From contig JAQGDQ010000136.1 in assembly GCA_030141605.1 (NCBI GenBank), forward strand, positions 372,001-436,000: DNA of 64,000 bases, in the 5' to 3' direction. The position numbers were made by a program, and so were the translations under genes. The notes under the pieces were generated by a model. The model was not told the DNA's origin. It saw only the letters and a list, made by a program, of their open reading frames with translations, and searched no databases. This DNA comes from Tubiluchus corallicola (Eukaryota > Animalia > Priapulida). The number at the start of each line of letters is the position of its first letter. Position 1 is the first letter of the stretch. Positions 27,801 through 40,816 of the stretch are shown here, piece by piece.

Positions 27801-30800
27801 TCAACTCACTGAAACCTTTTTCACACTAACATCTTAGAACCCCATGGCACTCTTCTTTTGTTACGTGTCTACCCCATTCTCTATGACATGTACTGGCTTG
27901 ACAATTAACTTCCTTTGAAACTGGCACAGCTACATCTAAGTTATGGAATACTACAACATATTTAGTGAAGCATTATTTGCTACAAAATAACCAACGTGGA
28001 ACTTTCAAAGCTAGCTGCACAGTGTTGTGTCTCCATCTACTGTGTTGTGTCTCCATCTACTGCTGAAATTGGAAATCATTATAAACACAGTTTTCGCGTA
28101 CACACTATGGCATCACAAGACTACAGCAGTTAAATATTTAATTTACAAGACTTTTTTCTAGCAATGGAACTTACCTTGAGTAGTACTTTGGCACAGAATA
28201 TGGAGGCCAATGATAAAATTTTTTACTAGCTGAAAACACGATCAAACCAATGATGAAAATAAACAATTTTTGGAAACATGTCTTCAAGAAATAGTATTCA
28301 AAAACAAATAAGCCATGACAGTAAACATCAAATCTTTGTCTTCGCTGAAGTGCAAATACAATATTAATAATACATGTACTCAGAAAACTAGTGACATATA
28401 ATAATTTTAAAATCACATCACAGTAATTAAAATATATTATTAATATTGCTAGAGCTGCTCAAAAAAAGCTTAACATCAACATTCAGCCACTTGTAGGTCG
28501 GTGGTATTTTGTCTAGCAGTTAGTAAAAAAAGCTTAATGAAACCAGCTACAATTTTGGCCAAAAGATGGCAGCAGCATGAGCTCAGAAAAGTAAGTCTGG
28601 CAATCTGTTGTAATTAAAAAGTGTAGAAGTATTAAATAGTGCAAAAAAAGATAGATGTAAATGTAAGAAGAGTGTTTTATTGTTTATTTGTATAATTTAT
28701 TATCACATCTGTCTAGGAAGTGTCATATTGTTTATGAAATATGTGAATTAATGTGTACAATTTATTGAATTGGAAATAGAATGTATGACTTTTCCTTGTA
28801 TTGTAAAAATAACTCAGAAGCATGCTCATGCACTTAATCCTAGAATACTCAAACTAAATATATACAATGGCCGAGCAAAACCACACAAGTGTTCACAAGC
28901 AATGTGCAGAGCATGAGAGAATAATAAGGTGTGCACTCTCTGTTTAACTTGTTGGTTAAATATTATTGTTTAAATTATTACTTGCCATGCCTAAGCTAAT
29001 AATATCACAGTATAGAAAACAGCACAGCAATGTGTCCAGCTAGCTATTCTTCATACTGTAGAACTATAAAAATTAGACTCTCCAATAGATAGCAGCACAG
29101 TTATTCTACACTGTCGTCTACTAGGAGATGTGCTAATTATTAATAGAAATTTCTGCTATATTATTTTTCACTTTCGCACCTGTAAGCTGGTGTCTCATAA
29201 CTTTGCACTCCATGGTCCTGTTCTAATTCTCTGATCAAACCAAGGCTAACGAAATCAACAAAATAAACGAAATTACAGAAACAAATTAGCGGCCTAAATT
29301 ATCTGCACTCTGTAGCTATGGTGAAACAAACTAATTTTAGTGAAAAAAATGTCAAATTAAATACTAATCAAAATAAAAGTGAAATTATTATTTAAAAATG
29401 TTTAAAATATAATAACAGAGGATAGGCCTACACCATTAAAATGTTAACAAAAAGCATACCATTAATAACAACTAAACTAATTTGAAAAAAAAACTGAATA
29501 ACAAAAGACCAATAAGTTTTGTTCAAAGCTGCTGAATATAACTGTTTCAGTATCATCACTGAGTTACAAAGTTTTTCAACACGTTAGACAAATTACGTTG
29601 CACACCTGAGTACATAAAGGTGTCTTGAATTACTTTTTGAGTTACATGAGTGTCTTGAGTTACGTGAGTAAACCGATAACATAATCGAATGGTGATTTAT
29701 GAAACACTACTGTAGTACTATTTAAAAGCATTTTATAATCAAACATTTAGACACAACATAAAATAGTGCAACTAAAAATCTTTACATATAACACTTGTAA
29801 TAGACTAGCATGGCAAATTTAATCCCAGTAAGACAACTAAGTCTTAAAATTCTATCCTAAAACTATGACAACACGAGATTACAAAAATTTTTGTTTTTTT
29901 TAATTTGTGCAAGACGTTAAAAGACATTCATACCATACCATATTTCTACCATAAACAAAAAGCTGATGTCTATCAATAAATTTATTGCAAATGCTGACCA
30001 GTAAGAACGTATTTAAAAGCAATGAAAATTTGCATAAAAATCCCACTTGCGTACTTTTTGAGTCTCTCAGGTGTTCCATGTGTCAACAAGAAACTCATTT
30101 TGTGTTTGATTTTATGTACTGTTATTTGTGAATGTGATTATGATTATTGTATATATACACAGTAGCTGCAGCAGTGCCGTATTATCCTATGGCAGGGCCC
30201 TTAGGCTTCGAACTTCTTTGGGCCCCGCGACACCTCCTCCCCCATGCGCGCTGTCCTTTCATACAATTTATTTACTGCTTTCCTGTCGAAGACGGTGGCC
30301 TATTGGCAGTTTCACAAGAGCAACCATCGCTGGGGCTCAGTACATTCGACTGTTTACATGGTTACATCTTACATCATTTTTGAACGGCTGAAAAATTAAG
30401 ATTGGCCTCACCTGAATGTGAGTCAAAATTTCACACAAACTGAACCCCATAATTTCTTTTTTTGTATAGTTCAACGCGCTCTTAGCGTTCCTGGTATCAA
30501 AGTGGATTCCTATAAATTAATTTCAGTGACCGGCAGTGTGCGTTTGTGCTATCAAAAGTTTTAACATTAAAAGCTAAAAGAAAAAAGGGTGAATGGACCG
30601 CTGCTTTTGGTGGGCCCCTAGGCTTCAGCCTAGTTAGCCTTATGGATAATGAGGCACTTGGTAGCAATAGTAACTAGTTAAGGAACAGTACTGCTTCATA
30701 ATTATGTTTTGTTGTGTATGTGTTACATTATAGTGCATTGTGATGCAGTGCAGTGCAAAAAAACAATGTAAAATAAATAGTCTGCAACAAAAAGAGAGAT

Positions 30801-33800
30801 GAGGAACAGAAACACAAGGCACAAAGCACAATGATTGGACAAAAAGACAGCAAGTACAAAACACACATTAAGCACACAAATTAGCACAAGTGTGCAATTC
30901 CCGCCTTTGGATACCACATCACAAATTCACAATTGTGCAATTCCCATGTTTGCAAACAACTATGTAACAATCTAGGACAGAGCATTCTACCAGCATCTCA
31001 CTTAGCTTTTAACATAAGGAATCTTACACAAGGTCACACCAGACAACCTGACAATCAAGTATACATTGATTGATTGAATGATTATAGTCTTGGAAAATCT
31101 GAATTTCAGGCTAGGAAACTATTTTTTTCAACAGTCAAAGAGCACAGGAACATTTATTTTATACAGTTTCTCTTCACATATATCATGGAATTATCAAAAT
31201 TATATGTTTTGAAGATGATGATTAGCAGTAGACTTGATGGCTACAAAAATTGAATCACATTTTTCATAAATATTCTCTTTGAAGTAACACATACTCCTGA
31301 CTTGAATGATGTTGCATTAAATTTTTTTAAGCAGTCAAGAATGCTACATGAATTGCAGCCACCTATCAATTAAACAACAAATTATAGTTACAGTATCAAA
31401 TATCTCAATGTTAACAACTGTCAAATAATCTGGTGCTCAAACCTCAACAATAAAATCCCTGAGATTAGTAAAGTTATTACCAACTTACGTATTAAACCGC
31501 AGTCTGTAATAAGAAAAATCCAACAATTAGTACCAAAAAGTTAGTGAACTAGTTTTATTCATCCAGCAGCACTTAAGAGAATAAGAGAACAGTAGCTGAT
31601 GGAAGAAATAAGATGATTTATGCGTTTTTTAAACTTATAAAATTAAAGATGCAAAATACCGGAATAAAAAAATTATTTGTCCCAAGCATGTAGAAAATTA
31701 AAAAATCTTAAAGAAAATGATGTTTTTCAGATGAGATTAATATTACAAAAAAGAATCAGTTTTTTGTAGTCTATGAAAAAATTACCCATCGAGTGAATGT
31801 TAATATGTTAATACAAAATTTTTGAACATGTTATAATATTTAAGTACTTAAAATATTCTCAAAAGTGCTGCCTAGACAATGCATGCATGTGAGATCACAC
31901 TAAAGATGTTAATATAATTGAGAAAGGCCTACAACCTTAAAAATCAAACTAAATCCTTAACCACAGCTGAGGTACCAGATCAAAAGAAGAAAATAAAAAA
32001 ACAGTCGAGTACATTAAAGAACCAAGTACTAGTTTTGCATCATATTTAAAATTTTAGTGAGTTAGTTACGATTAATAGGATAAACACAACTGCAAATAAA
32101 TTAAGAAAAATTATATAGAATTCGGGAACTATCTTCAGGAATTATCCAAATTTCTATGACGGAATGATCATTAAAGTTGACACAGGTGAACAAATCAGGA
32201 GCAAATATTGACGAACCAAATTGTTAATTAATAAAAAAATATCAAAATTTATTTTTAAATTTAATAACCAAGAATTGGTAACGTTTTTATACACGTCTAC
32301 ATGGTGACTTATGAAGCATTCAGCCTACAAATTTTTGTGGATGTCTGTGATTAAGACGAAGGTTTTTGAAAAATCCACGACCTCTCAGGAAGCCAAAAAC
32401 ATGGAAAATCCATAGTAATACCTAAAATAGGAATTCACTTTCACTGCAAAACAAACGTCGATGTTTTTCGACTTTGATGAAAAATTCGACTTATCCAATT
32501 TGCCACTATCAATCAAAATTAAAGAACACGTACAAGCCAAGGCAGTATTTAACAATGGAACTTTACGTTAGTTTTCTAACATGGAGGCTGTGTTCAAAAC
32601 ACAATGTTTAACAACAGTGTAGGGCAGTTTTTTATTTCTTTTTTCACTTATTTTTTATGTTAGGAGCTTTTAGGATTAGACTCTCAATTTCAGTAGTTCT
32701 TTCTTTCATTTACTGCAGTTATACACCATGCAGCATTTGAAAATGAAAAAAAACAGCAAAATCCAATGCCACCTACTGTACTGTAATCACATCAAAAACA
32801 GTATTAATTTTATAAAAGCCTTTAACTGCTAAAAGTTGCGAGTTCGAAATATATCAAGGCATATACACGGTGGTATCACGATAATGAAGTTTGTTAAACA
32901 CTAGCATGACTTCTCTCTATACTTCTTTAACTCTTCAAACGAAATGTAGAAAAAACTAGGAAACCTTGTATGCCTACTACCAGTTTTGCATGCTGAAAAA
33001 AAGCCGGAAGGCAATAAAAATATTATGATTCCTCACAAAATATTAATTAAATGTGTGATAACTGATGTAATGTATGAGAAGGCCATATAAATGTTATCAT
33101 TGCATAAAGTCATACAAAAAGTAATTAATCAATACCATTTAATGCATGTCTGCAAAACTTCAATCTCTAAGTCATATGTATTTTGCAGGTTTTTTAACAT
33201 GAATCTTTTATTATGTGATTTTGTGTTTTTTATGAGTGCGCCACGTATTTTAAATTATGTGAGGATAAAATTATTGCTATAAATGACTTTTCGTAAAATT
33301 TCCCATGAAGAGTAGTACATGCAGTGTCTATTTTTAATCTTGATGGCTGTGTGGTGGGACCGAAATCTGCTTCACTATTGTAAGATAGGTAATTCTCTAT
33401 ATGACGAGGCATTAAGCAGGTAAACTAAGCTATGCACAATTTGAATTCATTTTCTTTATTCAGAACCAATTTTGTGTTTGCAATTTTTGTGACTTTAATC
33501 CTTTTACGTTAGATATAACAGTCTTTTCAAAAGGTCTTGATTACAAGCCAAACTGTGAGTATATTTTTGGACACACCTACCTCCAGTTAAAATGCTTCTT
33601 TCCAAATCACTTAGCCTAACAAGTTTGCCCATTTTCCATTAGACAAAGAAAAATTTTAGTAGATTTTTAGGAAAATCTAAGAAAATGAGGCGGAAAGTAC
33701 AGTGACTGGTTAATTTCAAATGGGATAACACCATATTGATTAAACACATTCGAATGCGAGTGCATCTTTTCGAAGGTAAATAGCATGAAACTGCCAGCAG

Positions 33801-36800
33801 TTACCATGACTATCACCTATCTCGACACCAATCAAGCTTGGCATTGCTTAATTTTAATCACTAACCACACTGTGCCCTTTAAAGCTGTTTTCCATCACTC
33901 CACCTAAATTTGTACAACTTACCACATATTTACGTCTAATTAAGCTTTTTTCGGTAAACTTGTTAAATTTAGTTACTTAATCTATACAGTTCAGTAATTC
34001 TATATAAACATGTGCTGCCTAATTCACGTGTCTATGTACATAGCTGTAATTTGTGTCATAATACTGATTTCGTTTTCTCATTAATTTAATTAACTTACTA
34101 TTACCTTCCATTAAGGGTGTTATTATCTCAGCCCAGGATCAAATGCATAACCACGTCAGTAAGACCGCGTACTCGGGTGTGTCAACGGGAAAGCGAGATG
34201 AATGATCTCTAATTCACTCGTACATTGGCTGAATCAGGTGTGTGAACCATGCTTTACGTGATTATAAATGTGTGGCTGGAAACACCTTACATACCTTACA
34301 TTGTTATACAAGTGTTTTGCTTGTAATAACTTGAAAACTATATGTGGCTTATTTTATTTTGGTGTGCTACTTGTCATTAAGGAAAAGACAGGAATAATAC
34401 AGACAATTTATTAAGTGTTAATATAAATAAAAGAAAAATTGATGAAGACAGAGCCATTGAATACTGAACAGCATAAATAGGAAGGAAAGTTATAACAAGT
34501 TTCGCCTCATTTTCTTGGGTACCACCAGCCAAAGAAATGAAACACACATTCTTGTTAAAAAGATCATCACTGTACCACATAAGTTCATCTTACCTTATTC
34601 CTAGTAGGTCAATGTGACGTCACATGGTTTGGCACGTAGCCAAAAAACTCCTACTTCAAAACCACTACAAGTAAGTAAGTATCAATTCATGAAAAGCACA
34701 ATACCCGAATGTCTAACTTACCTAAACACACGGTCTGTCTCACGTGACCTCAGTTTCCGGATCCGCTGTAACTCTTCGCTTGTGATAAAATACCTTTGAT
34801 ACAATGTGAGTTTTCCAGGTCTCACAACGCGTATACTATCGTTTGCCACCACCATCAGGACCGGTTTTCATAGAATAATAATAATACACACGCTGAGGAA
34901 GTTGATACTTGGGCGCAATACGAAGCTAGTATAAGCACCTCGGGCTAGCGGGTACCTTGGCTTTAATTTGCACTCAAAACGGATTACTTGATTTTTGAAT
35001 AATTGCGTCAAATTCTGAAGTGCTGTAACTGTTTTCTCTTAAAGATTTTTCAAGATCATTTCCATTTTCACAAGGTCCAGATCTTCAGTTTTTTAGTCTA
35101 CTACTTTCACTGCCTGAGTTTTAGAGGTTTTAACACCAATTTTTCAGATACAACTTTTCGATTTTTAATACGCCAAAAAATAAAAAAGTTTAAGAGGATA
35201 CCACTAGAAGCGCGTTTTAATTATTACAAGTACGAAAATTATTGAAATTTTACTGATTTTTGCACGAAAACAATATAAGTTAATTCTCAATCGGAATAGA
35301 CACACCTTAGCTCTGAACACACACACACACAGAATTTCACAGAAAAAAACTAATGTACCCAAAACTATCTGTAAAACAAAATCGCGTATTCTTCCAGCTT
35401 TCTCTCAGCTTTAACATACGCTACCAGTAACCACTCCAACAGGAAAGTCAAGAAAACGAAAGAGGCGTCTTCATTACGTATTCTGGTCACTCACTGTTTA
35501 CTTAGGATTTATGGTTTAAAGCTGTGCTATACTCTTACCAAGAACACTAAAGAAACGCGGATATTTTTACTAGCAGACAATTATGGCTACTTTAAAACGG
35601 CACAGCCTGCTCACTGCGAGTTTTAAAACGTAGATTTTATCAGCGTTTAATTGCGCTTATCATAGAAGCTGAGACGATCTTTTTCGAAGGTAAAAACAGT
35701 CTTCACTCAAAACAGTAAAGAGCAACTCTCAAGATAGCCGAAATATTCAATAGCAGTTAATATATATAAACCATATCAAGTTATTATCAAATAGCGAGAG
35801 CTCTAGCCCACTTCTGCACTGTTCTGATATAACCAGCTTTTCTACACCGCATTGATGTGTGATACCCAAGTTTTTCCACTGTCTAAACTCAATTAGATCA
35901 TTATCTCTTTCACCCTCTACCCATGAACGCTCGTCGACTGCTATAATATCCCTCAATTTCCGGATTTTGACACCGTTAAACTTGTCTGGCAAATCACATA
36001 ATAAAACTAACTAAATAAGCGGTGACAACTGTTACTGCTTATCTCCCCGCTAGAAGTGCAATGCGTAAAAACATTGTAACACGACTCTCGCTAGGCCTCA
36101 CTACTCATTCAAGCATTCAGATAAATTTCCCTCAAAGCAACCGCATTCCGACTTTAAATCACCTAAAGCCTTTTGGATCACATATCGTTTTCATTGTCAA
36201 ACCGAAAGCTATGAGCACGTTAAGAAAAACAAAACTTAATTCAATTATAAGCAGGAAGTGGTTCATAGTTAAGCAGTGTTTTATAACGTCAGTAATTGGT
36301 ATATGCAACTAAGCTACTTTAAAATACTATAACATACCAATAATGTCCTGCTAAATTTTTATGTGGAGTGTCGAGATCCGAATAAACAGAAAAAATATTG
36401 ATATTGATATAATGATAGCGCCTTTTTTTCTAACATTTAGCTATGACTCACAATAAGACCCATCAATTCTTTTTAATTTTGAATATGATATTATTGACAT
36501 TAGAAAACTTAGATAAGTTAGTAAGTTTGAACAATCATGCTTAGTTCAAAGAAAGCCTCAAACAATATAACTATGTGGGCAACGCATAGGAAAATGCGCG
36601 TGGACTATATTTTGTGAAAAACGCCAAATAAAAGAGCAGTCCTCGGACTGGTTTTTAAATGAGTGATAACCTGTAAGCAGATATGCAAATATGCTACTAA
36701 CAATTACAGCAAAAATATGAAAGAACTACTCTGTAAAAGGTGGCAGAGCTTTTTATCCCTTAAAAAGTGAGAACCATGCATTAAACCAACAAAAATAATC

Positions 36801-39800
36801 ACATACCTTTTAGAACGATGACCATATTTTCTTCTGCTGGGTTTGTATCCTTCTATACCATTCCAGTAGAAGGTAAAACAAAGAAAGGGACAGGACCACA
36901 TCACGCTTCCAATAAATGCTGCCATTACTGATGGCCGCAATGCACACATCCGCATTAAACACACTAATGATGCCGTTGATTACTGCTGACAATATTTTGA
37001 GCAATCGGCGGACATTTTAACTGAGATTAATGAGAGAAATATCGAGAAAAGCATTTTACCTGAACGTATTGATCAGCAAGCAAGAGAACTGGAAAATGGT
37101 AACAATCAGCAAACAACGTATGCCGGATTTCTTCTACATTATTTCGAAGCGAATATGGTGTAAATTTAATACTCCATTTAACGAAAGCATGACAGAAAGT
37201 CAGAATATTTTCCCATTTTTGTTGCTGCACCTCATGATTCCATTGATGCTTTTCAGCCTCACAGCTATCGATGATAGGGGACGTATAGAAACTGAGATAG
37301 AGGAACTGTGGATTGTTAAGAAAAGTCAGACATGTTACAACCTTAGAGATAAACTTACTAATGCAATTAAAAATGTGAAGATGCTTTTGGGACAAATCTG
37401 GCTAGAAAAACCTCTGTTAAGCTTTTTATTAAATAAACAGATACATAATCAGGGCAGGCTTGATTACATGCCATATTAAAGTATTTTGATTAAATAAGAT
37501 ATGTTCTTGACTAACCTTGCCATAGTCAGTCTTAGGTCACACTGATTACACTCAAGCCATTCCTTTAGTAACATCTATATATAGATGTTAATCTATTTTC
37601 TGCGTTCTGTATGATTGTAATACATAAATAATAAAAGTGTGTGTATGTATGACTGTACGTCGTACAAGTACAATGATCCACTGTTAATCATCAAGGTTTT
37701 CATCAAAATCTTGAGATGGCTAAATAATATAAACATTGATTCCCCTTACCTTTTAACGAATTACCTCTTTAGCACAGGGTAACCTGGCGAACATTATCAT
37801 TAATAACCAGAGATTGACCTTTGCTGTTACAGCAAGCTTTACTAATAGTAATAGCTAGATAAAACCACCTGGTTGCAAAAAAATCAATATAATGTTCCTG
37901 AAGCCAAGACATAATCACTCAATAAAACAGTTGCCATGTAAGCAGCCTTGTAATATCATTTTAGGAAGAGATGGGCACAGAAAGAGAACTACAAGCAGTA
38001 TAAAATAGAAATTTTCACCTTACCTTCTCATTTTTAGCTCCTAAATTTGACTGCCTCAAAAGAATTATTGGATAGAAACAAAAGAGATTTTATCATACGG
38101 CTATAAGTTATCCAAAGTAAGGCCCAAAACAATGTGAAGATCAGTGTTTTGCATATGTATTTTGTACGCTACAGCACAAATAAGATTATGTTTTTCGTAA
38201 AAATGTGGAAAACTGATTAATCAAAAATTGAACTCAGAGACGTTCATCAGGAAAAATGGAAAAGAACACCATTGTCAACTTTTGCTCCAAATTAGGTTCA
38301 CCTGCCGGTAAACAGTACACATGTTATTCAGTAGGAAAATTCATGCTCGTGCACAACCGTATTATAAAAACGCTTAACCAGGCTATGTTACATAGAAATT
38401 TAGGAGACCCTCATAAATGCAACAGTTCCTTCTAGATAATATGCAAATAATCATTGACCTGTTATACGGCTTCCAATAAAAGCACTTTATGCAACAATGA
38501 CCAAATATATAAAACAACAAACACGTGACATGATTCTAACACGAAAGACACAGAAAAATTGAGCAAAAAATGAAAAAATAATCAAAGCATATGTAGTGAG
38601 TGTAATAAATGCATATAGTATCAAGTGAATGCAAGAAAGTTGTAAAGTTTGATAATGCAAAGCAGTAAAAACACTGCGATTTCACAAAAGAAAAGTTGTA
38701 AAAAAAGGTAAATCTGATAAGCAGACCTGAAATATAAGTTGGTAAAAAAAGTAACGGAAAAAGCTAAAAAAGAAATATTTGGTACAGAGTATTAATAATC
38801 AGTGAAAAAACACATTTTTGCTAACAAAATGAATGTAAGGCTCTCCTATTAAGCAAGAAAAATGCCTAAAAAGTGCCAACTGTTCACTTTGCTGAAAGCA
38901 CGCTGAAAGACAGACACTCACCCATGCTGCTGTGGAGCTCTGTTGACGATGATATTGTCTGCTTCGTACTTGCCACGGAATTCCGGGTATTCCTTTTCTT
39001 TGGGCGAGCCTTCAACGGGAACGACGTTTATGACATTGCGATATTTGTCAATGTTAAATGTGTGTTCCGGCTCCTTGTATTCCTGGCCGTCCAGCTGCAA
39101 ACACAAGGAAAGCATGACAATCTCTTCTGCAGAAATTACGTGTTTTGTATTGTTAGCAACAGTAAAAATTCAAGAGCTTCTTGCTGCTTTATTGCTCAGC
39201 ATCATATAACACGAGCTGGCAAAGCAAAAAGTAAGGAAATGGACAGGAGAATAAACTGAAACATTTGTGAATGAACTTACGTTTGTTTTCATTCACATAA
39301 TATAAACAGAGACAAATCACAGGTACGCAATGTTAAACACAGGATTTGCATTTCAGGATATTATGCATTGCTGTTGCTACACATCTTCCAAACAACGAAT
39401 TTTGACATTAGCAATTACGATTCGCTACTGAGTATTTAATTTTGACACCAAGATATGGCTAATGATTTAAGTTAGATTAATAGGGACTAACAGAGACACC
39501 TGCTGTCAATGGTGAAAACCTGTTTAAAAAATGCAGATTCACAACTGGCGCACATCAAAACACAGGAGAATGTTGAGAATACCTCTCTGTTAATGATGTT
39601 TTGGTATTCTACTTCCTTCTTCGATGTCGGCACGATCAATTCCTCCTGCACTGCCTCTTTATGCACCTTCTCTTCAATGACCATTGGTGGGGCTGTCTCC
39701 ACGTACTGCTGAGATATGCGCTGATCTTTTGGAATGGACTAGAAAGTAGCAAAAAATGAGGTTTTTTATTGTTATCAGTAAGTTCCTCGTTATTGGTAAT

Positions 39801-40581
39801 TACTGGTAAAGAGCCATTTAATGTACAGCAGTATTCAGCATTCTATATCTAACTGGTTTTATTTGAATATTTATAATATAAAAGAGCACATTCCGTTACC
39901 CAACGACCGTCCTTTCATATTTACATACTTCCAAACACCACTAGAGGTATGACTAACATTGGCAGGCATATATTTGCATGATGAAAAAACTTTTCCAGAC
40001 CTAGGTGCTACAATTGAAGTTCTATATATTTAATAGAAGGACAAACACTAAACTTCACATTTTGGTAAACATAAGTTCTTTTTTGAATATAACTGGCTTT
40101 AAATAATAGCTTATGTAGTTTTTCCACTATGCACTTAAAGTTGCTTCTATGCAGAATTTACTGCGACCAATAATAATTGCAATGGATAACAAAGTACTTC
40201 AAACGTTTGTATAATTTTATATCTTTTCCCAACTTAGACATCTTTTATCCTACCTTAAAAGTCACATTTGTACTTTCACCATAAACCATCGTGCCTAATT
40301 CTGTCACATGTATTAACCTTTACCTCTAAAATTTCGTCCTTATGTGGCATCACTGAATCATCACCGAGAGCGGTCATTTCATCCGTTGTTAGATAACGTA
40401 TCGACTGGTCCCCAGTGTCAATATCTCCTAGCAGAAGTAAACGCAACTTGAACAATGTCACCGAATGAAAAGGTAATTTGTTTTTTTATCAAATCTCAAA
40501 AATTAATTAAGGTGAAAATAAATTAGTCTAGGTCTTAAAGTCGCTACTTTATTCACAAGAGTAGACTACACAATGAAAAAG

Positions 40582-40651
<70 letters not shown>

Positions 40652-40664
40652 CTTCTCTCTCTCT

Positions 40665-40740
<76 letters not shown>

Positions 40741-40748
40741 TCCCCCTC

Positions 40749-40816
<68 letters not shown>

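Larger units (their letters stand above)
4771..38921 (-). other. Large (~34.2 kb) phase-2 intron between the linker and ZU5 exons
   Basis: GG|gtgagt at 38921 and cag|C at 4771 join to give ...QQHG-FLVSF in frame. Confidence 0.85.

Noticed and set aside
35747-35992. 81-aa minus ORF containing IRKLR, like exon 34722
   Set aside because: No ATG start and no phase-2 donor; the shared ~15-bp DNA match may be chance.
37027-37479. Overlapping 149-aa (+) and 122-aa (-) ORFs as a nested gene
   Set aside because: No recognisable domain and no productive splice phase. Could be UTR of the 36807 candidate; not supportable as a gene.
38024-38031. ATG AGA AG|gtaagg and similar 1-2-codon phase-2 starts (e.g. 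~33922, ~9263)
   Set aside because: Too short to distinguish from chance, although they fit the pattern.
38720-38750. Strong acceptor followed by GT (tttcag|gtctgc) as a recursive splice site
   Set aside because: The regenerated donor is poor and lies only ~200 bp into the intron. The ttag|gtaagt at 34721 could also be read as a recursive site, but its upstream ORF fits a coding exon better.
38873-39712. Plus-strand ORFs over the linker exons (similar cases at 1547, 4038, 45727, 49473)
   Set aside because: Antisense shadows of real ankyrin exons.
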